32,000 nucleotides of DNA from Candidatus Lokiarchaeum ossiferum (GTDB lineage: Archaea; Asgardarchaeota; Lokiarchaeia; Sigyniarchaeales; Promethearchaeaceae), in the NCBI GenBank assembly GCA_025839675.1, contig CP104013.1, positions 1,500,001-1,532,000 on the forward strand, given 5' to 3'. Of this stretch, positions 1 through 8,224 are shown one piece after another. The first letter of the stretch is position 1. The number at the start of each line of letters is the position of its first letter. Both the position numbers and the translations under genes were made by a program. The notes below the pieces were generated by a model. It made no database searches. It saw only the letters and a program-made list of their open reading frames with translations, and had not been told where the DNA came from.

Positions 1-909
1 AAAATGAACTAAAAATAAATGACCCACATTAGCATCCCGAGCAACTGTTGCAGCCATTTTCGTTGACATATGAAGTTTTTCAATGGCCAATTTTTCATCT
101 TCAATGATATAGGTAGATTCGCAAATGAAATAATCTGCATTTTTAGCAAGAGTCACCAAATTGGGACACATCATTGTATCACCACTATATGCCACGATAT
201 ATCCAGGTCGTTTTTCAGTGACGATACCTTCCAAAATAGGATTGATTTCAGTGTCTCCATTAATTTTGATCGTTTCACCTTTTTGCATTCGCTTCCATAG
301 AATCCCAGGTCGAATATTTAATTCTTTGGCCCGTTCAGGATTAAATTTTCCATCATGTGGCTTTTCTTCATACCTATATCCCAATGTAGGCATACTATGT
401 TTCATCCAATACGTTTTAATTACATATGCATCTGCAATTTTAATGATTTTTCCTGAAATTTGGACAAAGGCTCGCTCATATGCAGATGTTAAGAAATTCC
501 GGTATTGAATAGTGTCCATCCCCCCTTTAGGTGTATCATCTTTTGGAAACTGAACTTCTATTAGCGAAAGAGAATAAGATTGCGCTTTTAGACCGATTAA
601 TTGAAAATGAAATAGTAAATAAGCTGCAAGGCCTTGCGGTCCAATGATGGTCAAAGGAGCAGTTCGACCATTAAGATGAAAATTAAATAATAACCCAGGC
701 AATCCAATAACATGATCACCATGCAGATGGGAGATCAAAATAGTTGTGGGTACATTAAATTTTAATTTTGCGGCTTCAAACCGTCTTTGAACATCTTCTC
801 CAGCATCAAATAAGATTATTTCACCACTGTCAAGTCTCATTGCTATAGCAGGTAGATTTCGATCCATCGTGGGAGTCGCCCCGCTGGTTCCAAGAAATTT
901 TAATTCCAT
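1..909 (-). CDS. rnz: Ribonuclease Z (tRNA 3'-processing endonuclease, metallo-beta-lactamase fold); partial, C-terminus runs off the window start
   Basis: Absent from the ORF track because there is no stop codon in the window. Reverse translation from the ATG at 909-907 gives MELKFLGTSGATPTMDRNLPAIAMRLDSGEIILFDAGEDVQRRF...ILISHLHGDHVIGLPGLL..., which carries the HxHxDH zinc motif. It is still in frame at nt 1 (...STKMAATVARDANVGHLFLVHF), as expected for short-form RNase Z. The + strand ORFs 70-300 and 161-508 are antisense shadows. Confidence 0.85.
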   Translation of the reverse strand, partial: MELKFLGTSGATPTMDRNLPAIAMRLDSGEIILFDAGEDVQRRFEAAKLKFNVPTTILISHLHGDHVIGLPGLLFNFHLNGRTAPLTIIGPQGLAAYLLFHFQLIGLKAQSYSLSLIEVQFPKDDTPKGGMDTIQYRNFLTSAYERAFVQISGKIIKIADAYVIKTYWMKHSMPTLGYRYEEKPHDGKFNPERAKELNIRPGILWKRMQKGETIKINGDTEINPILEGIVTEKRPGYIVAYSGDTMMCPNLVTLAKNADYFICESTYIIEDEKLAIEKLHMSTKMAATVARDANVGHLFLVHF

Positions 910-984
910 GTCGATTCAATTATTATTTATTTGAAGGGATATTAGAAGGTTTATTTTTTTTACAATTCGAGCTTATCAATATTT

Positions 985-1953
985 ATGATCTACTGTATTT
1001 TACTAAATCCTTCAATTGATAAGATTATAGAAATTCAAAACTTTAAATTAGGAGGAACCTATCAATTACCCAACCCACAAGTGTTTCCAGTAGGTAAGGC
1101 AATAAGTGTTGCACTAACTTTGAAGGAATTGCATATATCGACACATATAGTAGCTCTAATAGGTCAGCTTGATATAAAATTATATAAAAATTTCTTGGAA
1201 TCAAAAGAGATAAATCACACTTTGATTGCAGTTGAAGGTAAAACGAGAACTAATATGACATTAATCGATTCAATCAACGATGCTTCAACGCATTTACGAT
1301 TTTCTGGATTTGATGTCACTGCTAAAAATCTTTCAGAAATCAATTCGTTTCTTCGAATCATGATACAAAAAAATGATATTGTAGTTTTCAGCGGATCATT
1401 ACCCCCTGGCACACCTTCTGAATATTTTTTAGAACCAAGTGAAATTATTCGAAATAAAAATGCAAAATTGATTATTGACTCCAGCGGTGAACGATTGAAA
1501 TTAATGAAAATGTACAACCCATATATCATCAAGGCAAATTTACAAGAGATGGCCATTATTGTTAATAAAAAACTATGTACCAAAGAGGATTTTGACCATC
1601 AACCAACCGAAGAGGAATTATACACTTTACTTGATTTATGTTCCGAATTAAACGAGTACAAATCAAAATTCAATGTCCTAACATTAGGAAAATATGGGGC
1701 TCTAATTTTTAATAGAAAAGAAGCATATTACGGAAAAGTAACCTTAGAAAAATCCGCATATACCATTGGATGCGGAGATGCATTTTTAGGAGGACTAATC
1801 TCTGGTTTGATCAATAAATATGAAATGAAAGCAATCTTAAGAATTGCAACGATTTGTGGAGCTGCGAATACTTTGCAGATTGGTCCAGGATGCATTAATC
1901 AAACGGACATCACTAACTTAGAAAGTAAATGTCAAATTCAAAAACTTAGGTAG
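985..1953 (+). CDS. PfkB-family sugar kinase, 1-phosphofructokinase / tagatose-6-phosphate kinase-like
   Basis: 322 aa with an ATG start. The N-terminus MIYCILLNPSIDKIIEI matches the FruK/LacC-type start (MIYTVTLNPSIDY-like). The C-terminal GCGDAFLGGLISGL matches PfkB signature 2 (GAGD). It is divergent from rnz with a 75-nt spacer. Confidence 0.85.
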   Translation: MIYCILLNPSIDKIIEIQNFKLGGTYQLPNPQVFPVGKAISVALTLKELHISTHIVALIGQLDIKLYKNFLESKEINHTLIAVEGKTRTNMTLIDSINDASTHLRFSGFDVTAKNLSEINSFLRIMIQKNDIVVFSGSLPPGTPSEYFLEPSEIIRNKNAKLIIDSSGERLKLMKMYNPYIIKANLQEMAIIVNKKLCTKEDFDHQPTEEELYTLLDLCSELNEYKSKFNVLTLGKYGALIFNRKEAYYGKVTLEKSAYTIGCGDAFLGGLISGLINKYEMKAILRIATICGAANTLQIGPGCINQTDITNLESKCQIQKLR

Positions 1954-1988
1954 ACGCAAAAGAAATTTTCAATTTGGAAGTAAAGAAA

Positions 1989-2249
1989 CTAATAGGGAAG
2001 TTTTTTCAATTCCTTAAATAATTTGTAAAAATTTCTTTGAAACGAATATGCAACAGGAATAGCGAGCATATCAGGATGTTTTTTAAAATCCATAGAGTAT
2101 GTCAAAGGGTGAACCATTTCAGCAAGGGGAGCGTTGTGATCATTAATAAGAGCAGAAGGTGAATTACTTGCCATAAATTTTACAAAAGTATCATGATTAA
2201 GGGAATTGGGAGTTTTGTCTGCTGATTTGAGATTATTAATTTCGCTCAT
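1989..2249 (-). CDS. Hypothetical small protein (86 aa)
   Basis: Open frame with an ATG start that fills the gap between the PfkB kinase and the protein kinase gene. I recognise no motif. It is divergent from the kinase operon. Confidence 0.4.
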   Translation of the reverse strand: MSEINNLKSADKTPNSLNHDTFVKFMASNSPSALINDHNAPLAEMVHPLTYSMDFKKHPDMLAIPVAYSFQRNFYKLFKELKKLPY

Positions 2250-2338
2250 AGTGAGTACTCTGTTTTTCTAGTATTTGAGTTTTTTTTTATGATGGATGCA
2301 AATTTTTTTAGCAATTAAGGGCAAATATAAATTAGCTG

Positions 2339-4261
2339 ATGTCTTCAAATCCAAAACACTATTTTAAATGTACTAAGTGCAATAGTCTATATATCTTTGA
2401 AAATGATAATCCTATTAAATGCAGCAAGTGTAATGATACGAATTTTCAAAAAATGGAAGGGCGGTTCATACTTAGATGCAGAAAATGTGGGTTAACTCAA
2501 AATAAAAGTGCATTTAATCAACTCCACGGTCAGGAACCTCTTCAATGCCAATCAACGACTTGTCATGGACTTATAAAAGTAATTGAACTAGGAAGAAGAA
2601 AGAAGCAACAAATTGTGAAAGAAACTAGCCCTGAAAATGCATTTGTTTCGAGAAAGAAACAAAATTCTTCAGCAGTGCAACCTTCGGTACCTACCCGGAG
2701 AACTTTACCGAGTAAATCGAGTGAAGATACAGGATTACCTTTCCCAAAACCAAAAGAAACTCAAAATGTGCCTGAATCTCATCCAATTATCAAGAAGGAT
2801 CAATTTTCTCCATTCCCCCAAAAAGAGAAAGATTTAAAGAAACTTGAGAAATCTGCAGGACCTGCAGAAAAAGATCACCCTGGGATTAAGGAGGGAGATA
2901 ATCTTAGGTTAAAAGATGATTTTTATGAAATAACGACAAAATTGGGTACGGGAGGAATGGGTTCTGTTTGGAGTGCCCGAAATCTAACCACAAACAAGAA
3001 AGTTGCAATTAAAGAATTTTATTATAGTAGATTTCATGATCCAGAGTCAGGAAATAATTTTTGTGAGAAATACTGGACCCGAGAAGCAACAATTACTAAA
3101 ATTCAAAGCGATTCACCCGAAGCAACTATGCATTTTATCGGATCCTTAAAACTCGAGAATTTTAGAAATCCCGAATATTACATCTTTTTGGAATACATCG
3201 AAGGAACTGTTTTTGACTCATGGTATAATAATAAATTTAAAGATCTAAAAAATTTAAGCGTAAAAGAACTCAGAATCATAATCAAGGATGTTTTAATGCC
3301 AATTGCTCGACATATGTACTTTGTCCACCAAAAAGGAATTGTTCATCGAGATTTGACTGTCCAAAACATCATGATAGTTAAAAAAAGCAGATATTCTGAT
3401 GAAGAAGTCAAACCCGTTATAATTGATTGGGGTGTTGCTAAAAATGTGGGAGTTAATAATATGTTTCAACCCCGAAAACCTTATTATATATCTTCCGCAC
3501 CAGAAGCAACAGGAATTCGAAATAGAGGAACCCCTCCCGAAGTAATGGCAGGATTTGAACCGATAGCTGCAACCGACATTTATATGTTGGGACATATTAT
3601 GTTTTATATCTTCAGTGGAGGACATTATGCAGGAGCCGCTGCAACAAACGAAGATTTTGTACTTCATCCTGGTGATTTCAATCCAGATTTGCCTTCTGAC
3701 TTTTCAAGATTGGTAGAATTTATGACTCAATACGAACCTGCCGATCGAATGGAAAACATGGTCAAGGTTTATGATGCATTAAATTATTTATATAATTCTT
3801 CTGAAACGATTGAAAATCCCAACTTGGCAAAAACAAAACAAAAACAATATTTCCTTTATTGTGATTATAACGAATGTTTTATCCCGTTGCCAGAAGGACA
3901 AATCGTACAATTAGGTAGGGACGAAATCATTGCTGCGGGGACCGAACATTCGATGGATGGACATCTATATAATGCTTTAATACCTATTGAAGGGGATAAA
4001 TTCATGTTTGAGATCTTTATCAATGAGGGATATGCATTCATTCGAGATTTTCATTCGAAATTGGGATCTTTTATATGTCAATTAACAACCACGAATCAAC
4101 AAGTGTATGATAATATTAGTATAAAGGGATTAGATAACGTCAGTATACAGCTTTCAGAGGCAAATCTCGGAACTACTCGAATCGAAGTCCCTTTTCTGGC
4201 ACCAGATGGAATAACATATCGGATAGAATTCAAAATTTATGCAAAGGAGGAATCCCAATGA
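2339..4261 (+). CDS. Hanks-type Ser/Thr protein kinase with two N-terminal zinc ribbons, a P/S/K-rich linker and a C-terminal FHA-like domain
   Basis: 640 aa. Zinc ribbon 1 is C11-x2-C14...C28-x2-C31 and zinc ribbon 2 is C47-x2-C50...C70-x4-C75-H (nt 2369-2563). The low-complexity linker lies at about aa 104-188. The kinase core (nt 2921-3795) has the glycine loop LGTGGMGSVW, the VAIK lysine (KVAIKEF), the catalytic loop HRDLTVQNIM, DWG in place of DFG, GTPPEV in place of APE, and ATDIYMLGHIMF. The tail (nt 3848-4258) reads ...IVQLGRDEII...FEIFINEGYAFIRDFHSKLGSFI, which resembles the FHA pattern (GR ... D.gS.NGt) but is degenerate. Confidence 0.9.
   Translation: MSSNPKHYFKCTKCNSLYIFENDNPIKCSKCNDTNFQKMEGRFILRCRKCGLTQNKSAFNQLHGQEPLQCQSTTCHGLIKVIELGRRKKQQIVKETSPENAFVSRKKQNSSAVQPSVPTRRTLPSKSSEDTGLPFPKPKETQNVPESHPIIKKDQFSPFPQKEKDLKKLEKSAGPAEKDHPGIKEGDNLRLKDDFYEITTKLGTGGMGSVWSARNLTTNKKVAIKEFYYSRFHDPESGNNFCEKYWTREATITKIQSDSPEATMHFIGSLKLENFRNPEYYIFLEYIEGTVFDSWYNNKFKDLKNLSVKELRIIIKDVLMPIARHMYFVHQKGIVHRDLTVQNIMIVKKSRYSDEEVKPVIIDWGVAKNVGVNNMFQPRKPYYISSAPEATGIRNRGTPPEVMAGFEPIAATDIYMLGHIMFYIFSGGHYAGAAATNEDFVLHPGDFNPDLPSDFSRLVEFMTQYEPADRMENMVKVYDALNYLYNSSETIENPNLAKTKQKQYFLYCDYNECFIPLPEGQIVQLGRDEIIAAGTEHSMDGHLYNALIPIEGDKFMFEIFINEGYAFIRDFHSKLGSFICQLTTTNQQVYDNISIKGLDNVSIQLSEANLGTTRIEVPFLAPDGITYRIEFKIYAKEESQ
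4244..4250 (+). promoter_or_regulatory. Shine-Dalgarno site (AAGGAGG) for the phosphatase gene, inside the kinase 3' end; the ATGA start/stop overlap at 4258-4261 suggests translational coupling
   Basis: The sequence gcAAGGAGGaatcccaATGA places GGAGG 7 nt upstream of the ATG at 4258. The kinase stop TGA (4259-4261) overlaps that ATG. Confidence 0.6.
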
Positions 4262-5397
4262 GTACAAATAATGAATTTTCCGAAGAAAATCATTTGCGAG
4301 ACTTATTATATTCCTTAGCAAAGCAAGAAGTTCCTGAATATGTATTCCAGTGGTTCTTTCGATATTTTGCAAAGGGTACCGAGTTTTTTAAGGCGGAACC
4401 TCACGATTTATTAGAAAACTATAGCGCACTTCTTTCCACAGCAAAAATCATGTTAGATCATAGGTACAATAATGGCTCCTACTCAAAAATAATTCACGAT
4501 ACACATACTCCAGACTGGAATTATTACTTCATCGGGGACACACATGGCAGTTTTGATGATACGTATCTAATGATAGATTATTTTATTCGAGTATTTCAAG
4601 TAAATCCGAATATAAAGATAATATGGTTAGGTGATTACGTTGATCGAAATCCCTTTGATCTACAAAATTTAGCATTTATTGTTGCATTTTGGATTTTATT
4701 TCCAAATAATGTATTTTTACTCAGGGGAAACCACGAAGATGCATCTGTGTGCAGCAGATATGGCTTCTCGCAACATCTCTACGAAAAAGCAGGGTCGAAA
4801 GATTACTTTAATCCAATTTGGGATCAAGTAAATCAATTTTTTAGCCATCTTCCATTAGGATTTAGAACTCAAATTGGGGAAAAAAAAATACTTGCAGTCC
4901 ACGGAGGTATTCCCTTCGATACAAAGGATTATAAACCAATTAAACTCGAACAAGGAGGGAGTAATCTAAATTGTTTTCAAACAGAACATTTTGATATGGA
5001 TGTGTTTTCCCAAACGATTCTATGGGCGGATCCAGACCCAATAAATTTAACAACCGGAGTTGCCCCCACCCCACGAACAGGAAGACCGAGGTTTAGTTAT
5101 CAAGCTTTTAATGATTTTATGGAACTTAATCAATTTGATATTTTAATTCGAGGGCATGAAAAATTCTCAAACGGTTACAGTTTATTATGGGATAAACGTC
5201 TCATATCACTCTTTAGCACTTCAACATATGATGGGAGAAAGATTGGGGAAGCCAAGTTCCTCCGGATTCAACCAAATACAAAACGAAAAGATATAGAGAA
5301 TGAAGAATTAAACCAAGGTATCGGAATATTAGCAATAAAAGAATATTTCCTTGAAAATCAATTGGATAAATATTACAATGCAAAAACGGAGTTTTAA
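4258..5397 (+). CDS. PPP-family Ser/Thr protein phosphatase (PP1-arch-like calcineurin-fold metallophosphoesterase)
   Basis: 379 aa. It carries the PPP motifs FIGDTHGSFDD (GDxHG), LGDYVDRNPF (GDxVDR), LRGNHED (GNHE), AVHGG, ILWADPDP and IRGHE. It overlaps the kinase gene by 4 nt. Confidence 0.9.
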   Translation: MSTNNEFSEENHLRDLLYSLAKQEVPEYVFQWFFRYFAKGTEFFKAEPHDLLENYSALLSTAKIMLDHRYNNGSYSKIIHDTHTPDWNYYFIGDTHGSFDDTYLMIDYFIRVFQVNPNIKIIWLGDYVDRNPFDLQNLAFIVAFWILFPNNVFLLRGNHEDASVCSRYGFSQHLYEKAGSKDYFNPIWDQVNQFFSHLPLGFRTQIGEKKILAVHGGIPFDTKDYKPIKLEQGGSNLNCFQTEHFDMDVFSQTILWADPDPINLTTGVAPTPRTGRPRFSYQAFNDFMELNQFDILIRGHEKFSNGYSLLWDKRLISLFSTSTYDGRKIGEAKFLRIQPNTKRKDIENEELNQGIGILAIKEYFLENQLDKYYNAKTEF

Positions 5398-5400
5398 ATC

Positions 5401-6093
5401 ATGGTAAGTTTTAGTATTACCTATATTTTTCATATTATGACAACGCTTGCAGGATTAACAAGTTCTGTGTTCATTTTAAAGAAAGATTCAAAATATTTAG
5501 GAAATCAATTTATGGCTTCAGCCACAGGATTAATGGGGATTTATACCTTTTGCATTTTTATATATGATATTTTGGCCAATGAAGCTCTAACATTGATTTT
5601 GTTACCGATTGGAATGGTTTGTGTTTTAATTGGAACCATGTTGATTTATTTTGCAATGCAGTGCATGGTGAATTCAGCAGTTTGGTTTAAAAAGCATAAA
5701 GAATGGTTAATTTATGCATTCCTTGTTGGAACAATTGGAATTGTTTTCATTATTTTTGCAGATCGATTTATCACCTTTGAAGCACCCGATGAACTGGGAG
5801 GCAATATTAATGTTCATTTAAGTCTTTATGCGCTACTAGTTATAGCAAGTTTAATGCTCTATTTTATGTTCCGGAGCATAATTTACTTAATTCGACATGG
5901 TATTAGAAAAACTGATGGAGCTAGAAGGAAAAAAATGATCATTTTTGCTTGTGGTTTAGGAATTTGTATTTTATCTCTATTTATTAATGCTGGGAGTCAG
6001 TTTGCATCAGGAGTAATTTTAGATGTTCTAACATATTTAGTTTTGTCCATTGGTGTATCAATTACCAGTTTTGGCTTTTTAAAACGAATCTAA
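5401..6093 (+). CDS. Seven-transmembrane membrane protein with no soluble domain (hypothetical)
   Basis: 230 aa. Its ATG lies 3 nt after the phosphatase stop. I count seven hydrophobic segments at about aa 4-25, 37-58, 63-88, 102-121, 140-164, 179-198 and 205-227. The loops are short and basic (KKDSKY, WFKKHKE, RHGIRKTDGARRKK). Confidence 0.75.
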   Translation: MVSFSITYIFHIMTTLAGLTSSVFILKKDSKYLGNQFMASATGLMGIYTFCIFIYDILANEALTLILLPIGMVCVLIGTMLIYFAMQCMVNSAVWFKKHKEWLIYAFLVGTIGIVFIIFADRFITFEAPDELGGNINVHLSLYALLVIASLMLYFMFRSIIYLIRHGIRKTDGARRKKMIIFACGLGICILSLFINAGSQFASGVILDVLTYLVLSIGVSITSFGFLKRI

Positions 6094-6197
6094 AACAGAT
6101 TTTAACCCAAACGATTTGATTTTGTGATTTTTTTTCATAATTTTCCATCAACCGAATGATATTTATTCAAAGCGATTTAATTTTAGTATGATAAAAA

Positions 6198-7925
6198 ATG
6201 GGATACAAATTTCGATCTACCCTAACAATTGGATTGTTGTATGGGATGCTATTTGTTTTAATACTTGCAGTAGATTTTTTTCTCCCAGATGATATTTATA
6301 TCTTTTCCCCACTTATGATTGCTATCTTAAGTTGTATAGGAATCTTCTTTCAATACTTGATATCTCCTTTAATTATAGGATGGATATATCGCATTGAGTG
6401 GGTAGATTATAATCGACTGGAACAAAATGATCCCCATATCGCCCAATTAATCCAAAATGTTTGTCAAAAGTATAATTTCAAATTGCCTAAATTTGGTGTT
6501 ATTCATGGGGGAACACCCAATGCATTTACATATGGATGGACTCGCAATTCAGCCCGTTTAGTAATTACGGATGGCATTTTAGAGTTATTAAATGCAGAAG
6601 AGCAACGAGCAGTCGTAGCTCATGAACTAGGGCATATTGAACACAATGATTTTATTGTAATGACATTTGTTAGTGCCATTCCGGTAATGTTTTACACCAT
6701 TTTTCGATTGTTGACTAATTCCTATCGATATAGACGATTTACCAGTGTTAAACCATCTAGAGGATCATCTGATGACAACAAGTATGCGCAATATATTCTG
6801 CTTATTAAAATCGGATTAGCCATAGTCAGTTATATCATGTATATCGTAGGATATTTTCTGTCATTATTCATAAGTCGATTACGAGAATATTATGCCGATG
6901 AATTTTCAGGAAAAGAAACAGCGGATCCCAATTCCTTAGCGACCGCTTTGGTCAAAATAGCCTATGGAATTTTGCAAGAACCGGAAAAAGGACAAAAAAC
7001 ATTTAATGACAAAAATCAATATGTGAAAGCCCTTGGAATTTTTGACAAAAATTCTGCGAAAAATTTAGCCTATTCCGCCACAAATGGTAGCGGAAAGATA
7101 GATAATACCCTACTTGCACGCGCCTGTGCTTGGGATTTATATCAACCATGGGCAAAGTTTGCTGAAATCACTTCAACCCACCCACTTCCTGCAAAACGAA
7201 TAAAACAATTGAGCTATATGAGTTTTAAAGAATTTAAAAAGCCGCCAAAGGTAGATCTTTCTCAGGCAAAGGTTGAATTTGAAAAACAAATGGGAAAATC
7301 TGCATTGGATGAATTTTTCGGTGAATTATTAATTTACATCATGCCTAAATTGATCTTCTGGACATGGTTAATCGTAGGAGGTATCTTATTCATAGCCAAT
7401 TTTGATATCACAACCTTTTCCCCCCTCTTTAATGGATATTGGTCTTTTATGGTCTTTAGTTTGGTGTTAGCAGGAATTTTCCAACTAATTCAGAATGCAT
7501 TTAAATATAAAAGTGGTTTTAAAGAACATAAAATTGTTGATTTAATTGGAACAATTAAAGTGAGCCCAATTCGACCTGTTCCAACAATTACAAAAGGTTT
7601 TGTTATAGGAAGGGGAGTACCAGGACTTTTTTGGTCGGAGGATGTTGTAGTAAGGGATGAAAAAGGAATCATGTTCATTGATTATGATTTTGGAATAGGG
7701 TTTATCAACACATTGTTTGGAATCTTCAAAGCGGAAAAATTAAAAGGGAAAGATGTGGAAATTACCGGATGGTATCGCAGAAATCCAAGTCCTTATATCC
7801 AAGTTCATAAAATTAAACTATTGGATGGGTCAGGAAAATCCTTTGGAAATTATAAGCGAGCATTTTGGCAATTTGTGGGGATATTCCTTATCGCTTTAGG
7901 TGGAATTCTCTGGTTTTTACTATAA
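6198..7925 (+). CDS. htpX: M48-family zinc metalloprotease (HtpX-like) with a C-terminal extension of about 220 aa containing extra TM segments and a beta-rich domain
   Basis: 575 aa. It has N-terminal TM segments, the HExxH motif in VAHELGHIEHND, the third ligand region SRLREYYADEFSG and the STHPLPAKRIKQL motif, all as in HtpX. After about aa 350 there are four further hydrophobic segments in two groups (about aa 376-399 and 411-433, then one at the extreme C-terminus), with a Gly/Val/Ile-rich soluble region (KVSPIRPVPTITKGFVIGRGVPGLFWSEDVVVRDEKGIMFIDYDFG...) between the last two. Confidence 0.9.
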   Translation: MGYKFRSTLTIGLLYGMLFVLILAVDFFLPDDIYIFSPLMIAILSCIGIFFQYLISPLIIGWIYRIEWVDYNRLEQNDPHIAQLIQNVCQKYNFKLPKFGVIHGGTPNAFTYGWTRNSARLVITDGILELLNAEEQRAVVAHELGHIEHNDFIVMTFVSAIPVMFYTIFRLLTNSYRYRRFTSVKPSRGSSDDNKYAQYILLIKIGLAIVSYIMYIVGYFLSLFISRLREYYADEFSGKETADPNSLATALVKIAYGILQEPEKGQKTFNDKNQYVKALGIFDKNSAKNLAYSATNGSGKIDNTLLARACAWDLYQPWAKFAEITSTHPLPAKRIKQLSYMSFKEFKKPPKVDLSQAKVEFEKQMGKSALDEFFGELLIYIMPKLIFWTWLIVGGILFIANFDITTFSPLFNGYWSFMVFSLVLAGIFQLIQNAFKYKSGFKEHKIVDLIGTIKVSPIRPVPTITKGFVIGRGVPGLFWSEDVVVRDEKGIMFIDYDFGIGFINTLFGIFKAEKLKGKDVEITGWYRRNPSPYIQVHKIKLLDGSGKSFGNYKRAFWQFVGIFLIALGGILWFLL

Positions 7926-7963
7926 AAGAAACTGTTCTTTTATTTAAAAAATCAATAGTATTT

Positions 7964-8224
7964 TTACTCATTTTTTTTAAATTTTGTTTGATTTTTATCA
8001 CATGAATAGATTCCGTTCTTGCATCCCCGCAATAATAAGCTTTTTGTCTTATGGATGTATTTGATTTCTCCATTTTTGGACAATTCGGATGGAACACACA
8101 TCTCTGATCCAAAATTATCTAAAATAGCAGAAAAGATTTCATCCGTATTTTTCCAATCTGTTAAAAATTTGTAGAGAAATCCTTCAATAAGTTGATTTGA
8201 TAAAGGATAGTTTTTCTTTGACAT
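7964..8224 (-). CDS. Hypothetical small protein (86 aa); gene model uncertain because a second same-strand ORF overlaps it in another frame
   Basis: ATG-initiated ORF in the only non-coding gap between htpX and the first permease gene. ORF 7888-8112 (-) overlaps it in a different frame and has a Cys-rich stretch (CVFHPNCPKMEK...YYCGD). I recognise no family. Confidence 0.35.
   Translation of the reverse strand: MSKKNYPLSNQLIEGFLYKFLTDWKNTDEIFSAILDNFGSEMCVPSELSKNGEIKYIHKTKSLLLRGCKNGIYSCDKNQTKFKKNE

Noticed and set aside
70-508. ORFs 70-300 (+) and 161-508 (+)
   Set aside because: They lie antisense inside the well-supported RNase Z reading frame (minus strand, 1-909). Their low-complexity, Phe/Ile-rich translations are typical of shadow ORFs in AT-rich DNA.
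2250-2338. TATA-box/BRE promoter calls in divergent spacers (910-984, 2250-2338, 8225-8406, 29070-29289, 30320-30404)
   Set aside because: TATA-like strings (for example aaatataaa at about 2322 and tttttataaaa at about 29143) occur at many positions in about 70% AT DNA. They cannot be told apart from background without transcription start site data, so I do not report them as features.
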